From NCBI GenBank assembly GCA_965541585.1, contig CBEUCH010000014.1, positions 22,391 through 86,390 on the forward strand: a stretch of 64,000 nucleotides of DNA, read 5' to 3'. The position numbers and the translations under genes are program-made. The first letter of the stretch is position 1; each line of letters begins with the position of its first letter. Positions 49,971-60,828 of this stretch are shown here, one piece after another. Source of the stretch: an uncultured bacterium (GTDB taxonomy: Bacteria > Zixibacteria > MSB-5A5 > UBA10806). The notes under the pieces were generated by a model. That model had not been told where the DNA came from. It worked only from the letters and a program-made list of their open reading frames with translations, and did no database searches.

Positions 49971-52967
49971 TTATTTCAGCAATAGCATTTTATTCGCTTC
50001 TGAGAAATCACCGGCCTGAATCCTATAGAAATACAGACCGGAGCTACTTCGTCTAGAGTCCCAGGTAATCTGGTGATAGCCGGCTTGTTTTTCACCATCG
50101 ACCAGAGTTTCCACCCGGCGACCAAGAAGATCGTATATCTCTATCGTAACATGCGATTGTTCCGGAAGCGCATATTCTATATTGACGCGGTTATTGAATG
50201 GATTGGGATAACTTCCGAGAAGGGCAAATTCGTCCGGGATACTAGCATCGCTTTCCTGATCAGGGATGGAGGTAGCATCACAGTTCAATTCGAGAACCTC
50301 AAAAGCGTCGATACCGGCCTCGACAACGGATCCCTCTTCAAGATCAGAAACCTCGAAGCGAACCTTGATCATTCCGGTGGAGGTCATGGAATCCGCTATG
50401 TCAATTGAATATTCCTCCCAGCCATTAGTGCTTGCGGGCCCGACAGTTTCGGCGAGGATCCAACTTGATCCATCGTCGCTGGAGATGTATGTCTTGAAGA
50501 AATCGCGGTTTGGATTTTCACCGAAATTATTGGTATACCACAAAGCGTAATTGATCTTCGGAGTTTCGGCGCCGTACAGATAGATTAAAGGCGACGTCAG
50601 GTAAGTATAGCCGCCGTCAACATCGGAGTCGCCCTGCACGTTGCCTGTAACGTAACATTGGCCCGAACCATCGTAATCTCTCGCCGGATCCCCGCGTTCA
50701 CCGCCGCCGACAGGAAACCCTCGCTCCCAATGACCCGCGATGGCATCTCCACTGACTGTCCAACCTTGGTCGGTTTCAAAATCGTCCTCCATAACCTCGA
50801 TAAGATTTCCAACCGATGAAACATGATAGGAGTCCGGTGCATCAGGCGGGTCCGAAACCGACGAACCTTCATCTCCGGACGCGCTAATATAGAATTCCGG
50901 CAGGGCCTCGCAATCAGCGGGCGGTAAAGTTGCTTCAAACAGGTCATTTCCAATCGATATCAACTCCAGTGTCGAAAAATCGCCGCCCTCGTAGCGATAA
51001 CTGAGAGTCCCGGATCCCGGCAGGTAATTCTCGCTGCCATTCTCAATTCTCACGATAAACGTATTCGGAACGCCGGGTTGGATATATTCCGGTAATCCAT
51101 CGGGGAACAGGATGACCAACGCCTGAGGCACAGGAGGAGCCATCCCCAGATCGGGATTACCCCAGTACGCTCCCCATTCAAACGTCTCGTACTTTACGTA
51201 ATACCACAATCCGTAAGTGTACATTATACGCAAAGCCCTCTGATGAGCTTCACCCTGAGAATATTCGCCGGATGTGACTGAAGTTGTGAAGAAATAGTCC
51301 AGCGATTGGCTGGAACCATCCAAGGGATCATCCCAACCCGGACGTCCGAGAGCGACCTGTGTTGCCCCTAAAAAGCCCACGGCCCCTCGATACATCATGG
51401 CCTGACCGATATTCAAATGATCGGTATCAGAGTTGCTGCAAGCATCCGCAAAAATAATGGCGGGATAATCGTCATTCAACTGAGGGCAGTCGCTGGACGA
51501 GATAAAAGCTTCTTGCGTAGAATGCCATATATGGCTTGAGGTCGGCGATCCATGGCCCGCCCAGTTTACAAAGGCATATGTGCCTGACGACCAGACTGAA
51601 ATTACATTACTATGCCTTAAGTCATAGTCCATGGGATATGAGGAATACCCCCGCTCATACATTCTGGTCATAGTCCAATCGGACATCCACGGCTGATCCA
51701 CTTTCGCTTCCATGAGAACGGCGCAATCAGTACGCGGGTTGGGGTCATCATCCCAGAAAAAACCGCCAAGAAGGAGTATATTTTTCTTAAAGGCCGGATC
51801 ATCATTTATTTCATAGGCAACCGACTTTTCGCAGATATCAAAAACGATATTGGGATCACTCCAGGGGATTCTGCCAACGGTAACTTCCGTATAAAAATCG
51901 TTGTAATCCGTTTCCTCACCATAAAGATGGTCTCCATCTACGTCCCAGGACTGATCGTCGGGCAAACTGAGTTCGGCATAATAATAATCGGTTTCGGGTT
52001 GGCCGTAGCCAAGATCCAGCCCCGTGCGGCGCATGGGGACATCGTCATAATGGCCTACCAGTAACACGTCTTCAACGCCCCATTCGCTCGATGGGTATTT
52101 TTCTCTAAGGAAATTTCTTATCTTCTCTGGCAGATCGTAACCAGCATAATTGGTATTGATCCAGGACGTGGTCACGACCTCGACACTTCTTCCCTTTTGA
52201 GTTTCCCAATCCACAAGGGGCGTTATTGACGATGTAAGCGAACTGAGCGTGATCATCACGAAATCATGAAAATCCTCATCCGTGCGCATATCCCGGGGAT
52301 ACCAGTTCACTGCCTGATCATAATTGATTATAATCTCTTCAGCAATTCGCTCAGGTCTCTCCAGGTGGTCAACGACAACGCCGCTTGAGCGCTCGGAGGT
52401 TTCATATTCCACGTTGACTGAAATATCCGGAAAATAAACTAACTCGCCTGAGATGGGACGGTATGCGAACGGGGTTACCCTGACATCCACCAGATTGTAT
52501 TTTCTGTAACCTGCCGTACGAACAAATTCCACAACATTCTGAGGATAGACGTCGTTGTTTGCATAAACTGAATTATAATTATCTTCGTAGAGTCGTCTTT
52601 CCTTTTCGTAAATTATCGGATCCTCCTGACCGATAACTCTCGGCAGAGGGGCAGGCGGAATTCTGTAGCTTCCGGGGAGCCTTACTCCAGCACCCGTGTC
52701 GAAACTGATCCCGGCAAACTCTGTTCCCGGAGGAATCGCAACAGCAAAGATCCTCGAAGGAAGAACCGGTTTGCCCGGCACCAGAAGATGACCGAAATCT
52801 CCAACGGAAATCTCCTGACCCTGATGAGTATCATTGATTTCGTAGCCCTCTATCGGTATGCTAACCGCAATACTTTCCTGATCATCCGATGCTAAGATAT
52901 GGCTTGCTGCCAACAGACTAAGGCAAAGTACGATTGACATCGCGGGGAGTATCAGCGGACGTTTCAT
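49971..52967 (-). CDS. C25 (gingipain-like) cysteine peptidase with propeptide and T9SS/FlgD-like C-terminal tail
   Basis: VGRIP; AGHGS and DACSN His/Cys dyad; YPNPFN..IYDLLGRRV..SSGLYFYR tail. Confidence 0.88.
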   Translation of the reverse strand: MKRPLILPAMSIVLCLSLLAASHILASDDQESIAVSIPIEGYEINDTHQGQEISVGDFGHLLVPGKPVLPSRIFAVAIPPGTEFAGISFDTGAGVRLPGSYRIPPAPLPRVIGQEDPIIYEKERRLYEDNYNSVYANNDVYPQNVVEFVRTAGYRKYNLVDVRVTPFAYRPISGELVYFPDISVNVEYETSERSSGVVVDHLERPERIAEEIIINYDQAVNWYPRDMRTDEDFHDFVMITLSSLTSSITPLVDWETQKGRSVEVVTTSWINTNYAGYDLPEKIRNFLREKYPSSEWGVEDVLLVGHYDDVPMRRTGLDLGYGQPETDYYYAELSLPDDQSWDVDGDHLYGEETDYNDFYTEVTVGRIPWSDPNIVFDICEKSVAYEINDDPAFKKNILLLGGFFWDDDPNPRTDCAVLMEAKVDQPWMSDWTMTRMYERGYSSYPMDYDLRHSNVISVWSSGTYAFVNWAGHGSPTSSHIWHSTQEAFISSSDCPQLNDDYPAIIFADACSNSDTDHLNIGQAMMYRGAVGFLGATQVALGRPGWDDPLDGSSQSLDYFFTTSVTSGEYSQGEAHQRALRIMYTYGLWYYVKYETFEWGAYWGNPDLGMAPPVPQALVILFPDGLPEYIQPGVPNTFIVRIENGSENYLPGSGTLSYRYEGGDFSTLELISIGNDLFEATLPPADCEALPEFYISASGDEGSSVSDPPDAPDSYHVSSVGNLIEVMEDDFETDQGWTVSGDAIAGHWERGFPVGGGERGDPARDYDGSGQCYVTGNVQGDSDVDGGYTYLTSPLIYLYGAETPKINYALWYTNNFGENPNRDFFKTYISSDDGSSWILAETVGPASTNGWEEYSIDIADSMTSTGMIKVRFEVSDLEEGSVVEAGIDAFEVLELNCDATSIPDQESDASIPDEFALLGSYPNPFNNRVNIEYALPEQSHVTIEIYDLLGRRVETLVDGEKQAGYHQITWDSRRSSSGLYFYRIQAGDFSEANKMLLLK

Positions 52968-53588
52968 TTTTCGCCTCCTTCTCTACAGACCAATGCGACT
53001 ATTCAAATTTGGGGAAATATCCTAAAATGGATTGAAATAAACATCATATTGTATATTAGTAGCTTGACCGGATTAAGTAAAGCAGAATAAACGCTGAAGG
53101 TAGAGAATATCAATTTTCTGCTGAAGACGAGAGGGGTGAAATTCAGTCCATTGCTGAGAACGGCCACCCGGCTTCTGAGCCTCACCGGATTATTATGGCG
53201 ATGTCCTCACCACGGATCCGCATATTAGGGGGACGCTTATTGACCCGGGCAACGATATTCCTCCAATAGTAATACCAAATCTTAAGTGGTCCTGTCATAG
53301 CAAAAGTCAAGTTTGTTTGAGGTTTTTTAGCTCTGAGAGCAGGGAAATTCGATTCTGATTGAGGTTCGGCGTCATATGCAATAGTATCCGGCACGAAACT
53401 CCGTATTCAGTATGACAGGGATGTGGATTAATTCCCAGGCTCGGAGCAGGCTATTGGCTCTTCAGTTCTTCCATCTCAAGAGAAATCTCGAATGAACGGT
53501 TAAATACAGCTTTACAATAGACATCCCGCTTCGAGATTCATATATTGCCGCCCACCTGAAAAAGGCATCAACCGAAAGGAGAATCTCA

Positions 53589-53975
53589 ATGTCCAATGAA
53601 AAACCTGCCCATGGAACGTTCTGCTGGAACGAGCTGGTAACACGCGATACGGCGGGCGCCGAAAAATTCTATACCGAATTGCTGGGGTGGAAAGCCGTTG
53701 ACAGCGACATGCCCGGAATGAAGTATACGCTGTTTAAAGCCGGCGACAAGGATGCCGGCGGGATGATGGTTATGCCACCTGATGTGCCCAAAGAGGTTCC
53801 CTCGCACTGGGTGGCCTATATTACTGTCGATGATGTCGATAGCCTGGTCAAGAAAGTTGGGGAACTGGGTGGCACCATCCTGCATGGCCCTCAGGATGTT
53901 CCCAAGGTGGGCCGCTTCTGCATCGTCCAGGACCCGACCGGCGCAGTGGTGTCTTTGATTAAGCTAGCCAGCTAG
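53589..53975 (+). CDS. VOC/glyoxalase family protein
   Basis: GTFCWNEL, FYTELLGW, YITVDDVD and DPTGA motifs. Confidence 0.92.
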   Translation: MSNEKPAHGTFCWNELVTRDTAGAEKFYTELLGWKAVDSDMPGMKYTLFKAGDKDAGGMMVMPPDVPKEVPSHWVAYITVDDVDSLVKKVGELGGTILHGPQDVPKVGRFCIVQDPTGAVVSLIKLAS

Positions 53976-54181
53976 CAAGAAAGGGAGGCACCAATCCACG
54001 GTTTGATAGCCATACAATAGAGAATTGTCGTTACCCGAGCTTTGGCTAATGAGCCTCACGATTAAGATTTGCCAAGCAGAAATCGGAGACCATTATCGTG
54101 TTCCCTGAATATTTTCGCTAAAGACGTTACCCGAAAAAGATGTGCAGTTTGGGAAACGTTGTTATGGGGCAGAGGACATAG

Positions 54182-54697
54182 ATGATAGATGTGAGATTTG
54201 AAACTCCCCGGGATATACCACGAGTACACGACATTAATGAAGAAGCGTTCGGACAGCCTATGGAGGCGGACTTAGTTGACAGGCTGCGAATTTCCTGCCC
54301 CGATGCTCTGTCTTTAGTCGCGGATGATGATGGAATCATCGTGGGGCATATTATGTTTAGCCCGGTCGTTATTAATGACGGGGAGCGGAAAATTCAGGGA
54401 ATGGGGCTGGCACCGATGGCTGTTCAGCCGAGCCGACAGCGGCAGGGAATCGGCTCCAGATTGGTAGAAAAAGGACTGGAGATTCTACGGGAACGCGGTT
54501 GTTCATATGTAATTGTTCTGGGCCACCCGGAGTATTATCCGAAATTCGGCTTTGAACCTGCTTCCAGATACGGTATTGAAAGCCAGTGGGAGGAGATTCC
54601 GGATGAGGCATTCTTAATCCTGGTAATCGATCAAAGTGCTTTGCGAAATGTAAAAGGAATTGCCAGGTATAGAGATGAGTTTGACGAAGCAATGTAG
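54182..54697 (+). CDS. GNAT N-acetyltransferase (YhbS-like)
   Basis: IVGHIMFS, QRQGIGS and LGHPEYYPKFGF motifs. Confidence 0.92.
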   Translation: MIDVRFETPRDIPRVHDINEEAFGQPMEADLVDRLRISCPDALSLVADDDGIIVGHIMFSPVVINDGERKIQGMGLAPMAVQPSRQRQGIGSRLVEKGLEILRERGCSYVIVLGHPEYYPKFGFEPASRYGIESQWEEIPDEAFLILVIDQSALRNVKGIARYRDEFDEAM

Positions 54698-54804
54698 TTT
54701 AATAACAGCGGTTAAACATGTGCATCTGCAACGTATAGAAAAAAAGTGATCTTAGATGCTCGTGATGATCATTCTATTAAAAATCGAGTATTGCCAGGTC
54801 CCGG

Positions 54805-57084
54805 TTATTGCCTCGGCGCTTTGAGCATTTTCCGCAGATCATCCATGATCACCTGGCCCTTAGCTCGAAGCTCTTCTTTCACCTTAATTAGATTCTTCTG
54901 AGTGGGTTTCGCATGGAGTTGGATATGAAATCGCATGGAATTTCCGGTGCCCGAGGGTCTGATCGTTAGATGATTAAGCTTTTCATCATCGAAAAAGAAT
55001 CTGATACCCTCGTCGGGAAATTGGAAATCGTGACTGAGGGGATAGATTGCATCATACTTTCCGGTGCGGTAGATGCTTGCGGATTTGACAGGATAGCCGC
55101 CTATCTCCAGATCTCCCGATAGCGCCAGCTGGTAATAGCCAAGGGCTCTGCGGATTAACATCTTTTTTATCTGATCGCCCTCGATACCGGGATATTCCCC
55201 ATCGAGAGGGTCGGGCTCATAAAAGGTGGCAAATAAACCGATATCCGGATCGAGGTAAATATATTTATCGAGGATGTCAATTAACGATAGCCCCTGCTCC
55301 TTGGCCCAGGCGGCTATTTCCGCAACCAGGAGGGCGGCGAATGTTCCATCCTTGTCGCGCACGTGACCGCCGGCACCAAGAGAGCTCTTGTCGGGAGGAG
55401 GACCACCCAGGATTGAAAAACCGTTACTCTGCTCCATGGCCGCAATATTGATTGAGCGCTTGCCTCCATCCATGCCGAGACACTCACAGACAAAGGGATG
55501 ACAAACATCCCTGTATTTCTGGTCGCGACCATCAGCAAGCGTGAGAAATTCTTTCTCCTTCCCGTCCCAGGTATCCCGGGTCACTGCTGCCAATGCTGCA
55601 AATCCCACCCATGATTTGATCACCCCGATTCCATGCTTGCTTGCCAGGTGGGTTATGCTATCGGAGGTTGTATGCGAAAGGGCTATGAATTTCTTGTCGG
55701 CGTCCCGGACCTCCCCGTATTTCTCGAAATCCCTGTTCAATCTATACCAGAGGACCAGAGTCCAGACATCGTCGGAGGGAAGGAGATAGTAGTCCTGGTT
55801 GTTATAGATATGCTTCTGGTCCTGTGGTACTTTAACCACAATACCGAAGCGGTCGGCATCGGGATCTGTGCCTATCAAGATATCGATACTGTTTAATCCA
55901 TCGGGGTAATCTTCTTTAAGGGCCTGGACAGCGGTCCGAGCCGCCCGCGGATCGCCCGGGTCCGGCTGCTGTTCCCGCCCCGGCTCACTACTGAAAGCGG
56001 GAAACAAACCGTCGAGCTCGTTCAATCTCAAACCGCTTTTCTTTCCATCGATGGATTTTATATCTATGAAACCGACGTCTCTCAGGAGCCTGGGGACAGG
56101 TATGATGCCAACGCCATGAAATGCGCAAAAGGCTATTCTCAGGGGTTCAGAGGATGTCTGCTGCCTTTCGGCTAAATTCTCTGTAAGCAGGAAGGTTTTG
56201 ACATGCTCTCGATGTTTCTCATGCATGTTTATGATAAATTCTTCCTGGCCCGCATAATCGAAACCCTCAACAGGCTCGTCTCCTCCCAGGAAGCGTAATT
56301 TCCCCGGCTGGGCGTCTGCAAATGAATGTAACTTTATGTCCTCAGGTTCGACAACTTTGATATACTCATTATACATCCTATCGCGCTCCTCGGGATCGAA
56401 TTGCGATCCATTGGAGCATGACAATTTATATCCATTGTACCTATAATCGTTGTGGCTGGCCGAGATCAGTATGCCGATATCAGCTTTTACGGATTGATGA
56501 GGAATGGCAAAGGTTAGCTCCGGATAAGGGCAGGGAGCGTCGAAAAAGTATACTGTATAATCAAACGCTAAGAACAATTGCGCCACAAGCGCTGCCAGAT
56601 CATGACCTCTTACACGGCTATCATAGCCAATTACCACCTTTTTAAATTTCCTGGGTTTCTGATCCATGCCGAATTTGGCTACACCGGCGGAGGTTAGCAA
56701 GACAACCAGATCATTTATCGTGTTTGGCCCCCGGAGGATATCTGTATCTATCCCGCGTTCTTTTATCTTCATGATTGAGGCTTTGTCAAACGCCATCATG
56801 CCGCGAATCCCGCCGGTTCCAAATCGCACAGACTGACGGAAGGCATTGACTATATCCCCCCACTTTTCCTCCTCGATCGCGTCACAGATTCCCTTCTTCA
56901 GTTGTGGCGAGATATTATCGATATGAGGATCAGTGAGCCACGTATTCAGATTGGAGAAGGTATAATTTGTCGCGTCCGCATATGATTGCTGATCGATCCG
57001 CCCCGTTTCCATCGCGGTCTTAAGATATTTCGTAATTCCCTGCTCTGCAGATTTTAGGAACGTTTTGATATCCCGATTATCCAT
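54805..57084 (-). CDS. Alpha-D-phosphohexomutase (phosphoglucomutase/phosphomannomutase), unusually long
   Basis: FGTGGIRG, ISASHN, DPDADR and RPSGT motifs. Confidence 0.9.
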   Translation of the reverse strand: MDNRDIKTFLKSAEQGITKYLKTAMETGRIDQQSYADATNYTFSNLNTWLTDPHIDNISPQLKKGICDAIEEEKWGDIVNAFRQSVRFGTGGIRGMMAFDKASIMKIKERGIDTDILRGPNTINDLVVLLTSAGVAKFGMDQKPRKFKKVVIGYDSRVRGHDLAALVAQLFLAFDYTVYFFDAPCPYPELTFAIPHQSVKADIGILISASHNDYRYNGYKLSCSNGSQFDPEERDRMYNEYIKVVEPEDIKLHSFADAQPGKLRFLGGDEPVEGFDYAGQEEFIINMHEKHREHVKTFLLTENLAERQQTSSEPLRIAFCAFHGVGIIPVPRLLRDVGFIDIKSIDGKKSGLRLNELDGLFPAFSSEPGREQQPDPGDPRAARTAVQALKEDYPDGLNSIDILIGTDPDADRFGIVVKVPQDQKHIYNNQDYYLLPSDDVWTLVLWYRLNRDFEKYGEVRDADKKFIALSHTTSDSITHLASKHGIGVIKSWVGFAALAAVTRDTWDGKEKEFLTLADGRDQKYRDVCHPFVCECLGMDGGKRSINIAAMEQSNGFSILGGPPPDKSSLGAGGHVRDKDGTFAALLVAEIAAWAKEQGLSLIDILDKYIYLDPDIGLFATFYEPDPLDGEYPGIEGDQIKKMLIRRALGYYQLALSGDLEIGGYPVKSASIYRTGKYDAIYPLSHDFQFPDEGIRFFFDDEKLNHLTIRPSGTGNSMRFHIQLHAKPTQKNLIKVKEELRAKGQVIMDDLRKMLKAPRQ

Positions 57085-57320
57085 TAGAAATTATCCCTTT
57101 CCCTGATTTTGACATTCGAACGGGAATTTATGCCCCCCGTTTAGCTTTTACAAGCTCTTTTTCTTTATATGTGTTGAGCCGGCCAGTGTCCTTCTTTTGA
57201 CCGCGGGGGGGGAATTATTTCAAATATTCAGCCGCAGATCCTGTATGCCTCTCGCGGATATCGATAGCCATCGTATATGCTCCTGTGCGCCTGATAGGGG
57301 ATTTTCAAGACAGCGGGATG

Positions 57321-59048
57321 CTATTTTAGCAGCGTTATCTTCAATTCGGATGAGGTTCTCTCAGTTTGAACATGAACGAAATAAACGCCACTTGGTATGG
57401 AGTATCCCTGATCGTTCTTGCCATCCCAGATATACGTAGTAAGCCCGACTGAGGCATTGGGGATCTCCGCTGATCTCACCTGCCTGCCGAGCATATCATA
57501 TATCTCGAGAGAGTATTTTTCAGAATCTCCGCCTTCGATGGAGATGACCGAAGAGCTATTGAATGGGTTGGGATAGGCGCTCAGAACAATGTGTTTACGA
57601 GGCAGAGGCAGGTCCGGCTCATCTGCCGACGTTCTGTATGGCTCTTCTATAATTATCATTTCACCCGGAACCACGCCGACTGTATCTTTGACCGCCAGAG
57701 ACTGGAAATATACGACGACCTCCAACTTGGTATGATCGCCCGTTCCGAAATGCGCGACCAAATCGTTCACACAATAAAAGGATGGATGGCTGGAGATCTC
57801 TCTTTTGCCTATTAATTCTCGCCCGTTGGTTGGGCCAACGTCACCATAGAGTTCAATTATCGCTCCCAGAGCAAGCGTATTGGGGCGGCGGCCGTTTACC
57901 TTGACCTTGAGGAAAGTCGGGTTGGCGTTCTGGTTAATATACACCTGTTTTCTGACAAAATCGGAGTTGGCGGCAATGATATCCATCTGGCCATCACCGT
58001 CGAGATCGCCCACAGCGCAACCGAACCCCCCGGCCGTTTCAACAATCCCGGCTTCCTCGCTGTAGTCCACAAAAATGCCTTCGTCGATATTAAGATAGAG
58101 CATCTTACGAGCCGACGCCCGATTGACGAACAGATCGAGATCGCCATCATTATCGAAATCGGCGAAATTTGCGCCTCGGCTGTAACCTCCACAGCCCGTG
58201 TTGGATAGCTCGGTAATATTCGTAAAGTATCCGCTACCATCGTTCTGCCACATACTGTTCGTCCCGAAACCGGAGCAGAGGTAGATGTCAAAATCACCGT
58301 CGTTGTCGATATCGCCGAAAGTAACTTCCTGACCGTATCCGAAGCCACCCTCGTTTGTATTTGTTGAGATATCCGTAAAAGTGCCATCTCCGTTGTTTCG
58401 ATATAGAGTACCCGCATTGAGCTCCCAGTTGCCAGCTATGAATAAATCGTCGTCGATATCCCCATCCAGGTCAAAAAATACAGGAGTCAAGACGTTCGAA
58501 AGCCCCTCAAGCCCTGATCCCTGTGTAATATCCTCAAATGTGCCGAACCGCATCATCATAAGTCTCCTTCCCGCCAGGATACAGAGCCCGGAAGAAGGGG
58601 TCATCTGAAAAAACGCTGCACTCATGTCGGCACTAAGGATTAGATTATAGGCTTCCGCCATATTGATAAAGGGCGCGGGAGTATTATTGACAAAAAGTTT
58701 TGCTATATTTCCAGTTTCTGAACCTGTGAGATAGAAATCAGGCAGATGATCAAAATTTACATCGGCAACCGTGACATTATGAAACATATTCGTATATGTT
58801 ACTCCGTAATACTGGGCCATCTCGGCGTATGTGGAGTCCTGCCGGACATATAGGCGGTTGCTGTTATGCCTGTTGATAATGAACACTTCATTTACATAAT
58901 CGTTGTCGATATCGACTATGGCTACACCAGCACTGAAATCCTCCTCACCCATATTCAATTGGGATGCAGATTCGATAAAGGTAACCTGCCCATATGCAAA
59001 GGAAGCCAGGGTTAAGGCCAATACAACGAGTATTGCCGCTGTTCGCAT
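57321..59048 (-). CDS. FG-GAP/VCBS-repeat (CRTAC1/ASPIC-UnbV-like) secreted protein with T9SS/FlgD-like tail
   Basis: Repeated D(I/F/L)DNDGD motifs, AHFG, YPNPFN tail; GGAGG before ATG 59048. Confidence 0.85.
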   Translation of the reverse strand: MRTAAILVVLALTLASFAYGQVTFIESASQLNMGEEDFSAGVAIVDIDNDYVNEVFIINRHNSNRLYVRQDSTYAEMAQYYGVTYTNMFHNVTVADVNFDHLPDFYLTGSETGNIAKLFVNNTPAPFINMAEAYNLILSADMSAAFFQMTPSSGLCILAGRRLMMMRFGTFEDITQGSGLEGLSNVLTPVFFDLDGDIDDDLFIAGNWELNAGTLYRNNGDGTFTDISTNTNEGGFGYGQEVTFGDIDNDGDFDIYLCSGFGTNSMWQNDGSGYFTNITELSNTGCGGYSRGANFADFDNDGDLDLFVNRASARKMLYLNIDEGIFVDYSEEAGIVETAGGFGCAVGDLDGDGQMDIIAANSDFVRKQVYINQNANPTFLKVKVNGRRPNTLALGAIIELYGDVGPTNGRELIGKREISSHPSFYCVNDLVAHFGTGDHTKLEVVVYFQSLAVKDTVGVVPGEMIIIEEPYRTSADEPDLPLPRKHIVLSAYPNPFNSSSVISIEGGDSEKYSLEIYDMLGRQVRSAEIPNASVGLTTYIWDGKNDQGYSIPSGVYFVHVQTERTSSELKITLLK

Positions 59049-59463
59049 AATATCCTCCATTGGCGATAATATCTCTTCAGCTGTAACGAACTTCGCATTA
59101 AAATTAATAAAATCGTCTCTTATAGTCAAGGGAAATATTGGAAATTTTCGTTATTTTTTTTTGAGAAAGATGGCAAAATCTTCAATACCATGTTCGAGCC
59201 AAACGTGATGAGTATCTGCATGATGTACGTGAGCAGATCATAGATTTCAATTGACAGGCTTTTTGGTGAATCAGATATTTTGAGAATGAGCAATGGTGGG
59301 AAATGGATTTGTCCATGGAACGGCTTAGGGCTAGTCTCATTGTTGGATAATATGCAAGATAGATGTATTTCCTGCTACCCGACTTAAATGAAAGAGGAAC
59401 CGTGGGAATGGTCAGAGCAAAGGTATTGAAATTGTAAATCACCTTATTCCGAAGCAACCAGAA

Positions 59464-60390
59464 ATGAAACACCTCAAATTTATCATAAAAATACTCCTGG
59501 TGGGCATAATCCTCTTTTTTATTTTAGAAAATCTTTATTCTAATTGGGATAGGCTGGAAGACTTTGGCTTTCGATTAAATTACCCATATCTGTTGATGTC
59601 GCTAATTGTCCTGCTACTTGCGTGGTTTGCCACGGTCTGGAGTTTGCAGAGGTTGTTTGCGGCTCTCGACCATGATATTCCTTTCTCGGACGTTTATACC
59701 ATATATTTTCGATCTATATTAGGAAAGTATCTCCCGGGGAAGCTCTGGCAGATCGCAGGATCAACATATCTGGCAACCAAAAAGGGAGTTCCAGAGGGTA
59801 TATCTGTCACTTCCTTCGTATTGGGACAAGTATATTCTGTTCTTTCTGGTCTTACGTTGGCCGTATGTGTCGTGGCCTTAGGAGTTCTTGACGAGGCAAA
59901 GGAACTGACCACAACCCTTAAATGGACGTCAATACCAGCGGTCGCTCTAATGTTAATTTTCGCTTTAAGACCGAACTTGATAGAACGGCCGATGAATCTG
60001 GTATTAAGATCATTCAATAGAAAGAGCGTGAGAATCAAGCTAAAGTTGAGTAAGGCAGTGGAGATTTTCCTGCTCTTTGGAGGATGCTGGTTTGTTTTCG
60101 GGTTCGGGTTTTGGCTCTTTACGAATTCTTTGGCAGCCGCCGATTTTAGCCTTTATATAGATCTTACTGCAGTCCATTCCGCAGCGATGGTCGTCGGCTT
60201 CCTGTCAATATTTGCTCCCGGGGGTCTCGGTGTCCGAGAGGGTATCTTAGTATTGTTTCTGTCATCATTCAATGAATTTCCGACGCCGTTGCCGTCAGCT
60301 ATCGCGTTGAGCTTCAGGTTGATGGTCACTCTTTCTGAACTAATTTCCATTAGCTTCACCTGGATTATAGAGCGGATCTTGAAGAGATAA
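59464..60390 (+). CDS. Lysylphosphatidylglycerol-synthase-TM (UPF0104) flippase-like membrane protein
   Basis: GKYLPG and PGGLGVRE motifs; multiple TM segments. Confidence 0.85.
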   Translation: MKHLKFIIKILLVGIILFFILENLYSNWDRLEDFGFRLNYPYLLMSLIVLLLAWFATVWSLQRLFAALDHDIPFSDVYTIYFRSILGKYLPGKLWQIAGSTYLATKKGVPEGISVTSFVLGQVYSVLSGLTLAVCVVALGVLDEAKELTTTLKWTSIPAVALMLIFALRPNLIERPMNLVLRSFNRKSVRIKLKLSKAVEIFLLFGGCWFVFGFGFWLFTNSLAAADFSLYIDLTAVHSAAMVVGFLSIFAPGGLGVREGILVLFLSSFNEFPTPLPSAIALSFRLMVTLSELISISFTWIIERILKR

Positions 60391-60828
60391 TGTCAGGCTA
60401 GAAGCGATTTGAGATAGCAGAATTAAAATTCCTCGCTAGGCAGGTTATGGATGTACATCCCCTGTCATATCCGCTTTTAATTAGATAGTAGCTTACTTTA
60501 GCGTTATAGGCTGTGCAGGATCGAGGCGGGATAGAGTCATGAATACTATTAAGTTCTGCTTCTCATAATGATAAGCATGCGATTATTCCTCTCAAATACC
60601 AAAAAGAGATGTATGGAGATAGGAGAACAACAATTCCTCATAGCTCCCCTGTTTTTGTAGTTGATTTTTTGCTGCTACCTTTTGTATTTTTATATTATAA
60701 ATGGGTACTCGGATAATGTTTAAGAATGGCTGAGGAATTTCCGCTTATGATTCTGGGCCTTGAAAGGCTGGATCAAATTTCAATATGTTGAATCGCATGT
60801 TCAGACCATTACTGGATAATTTCATAAT

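Noticed and set aside
53000..53580. Possible riboswitch or ncRNA between the C25 peptidase and VOC genes
   Set aside because: GC-rich patches are present, but I could not match any riboswitch consensus by eye; an Rfam scan is needed.
54120..54730. GNAT gene as an integron cassette
   Set aside because: GTTATGG upstream and AATAAC downstream are suggestive, but there is no paired attC stem.
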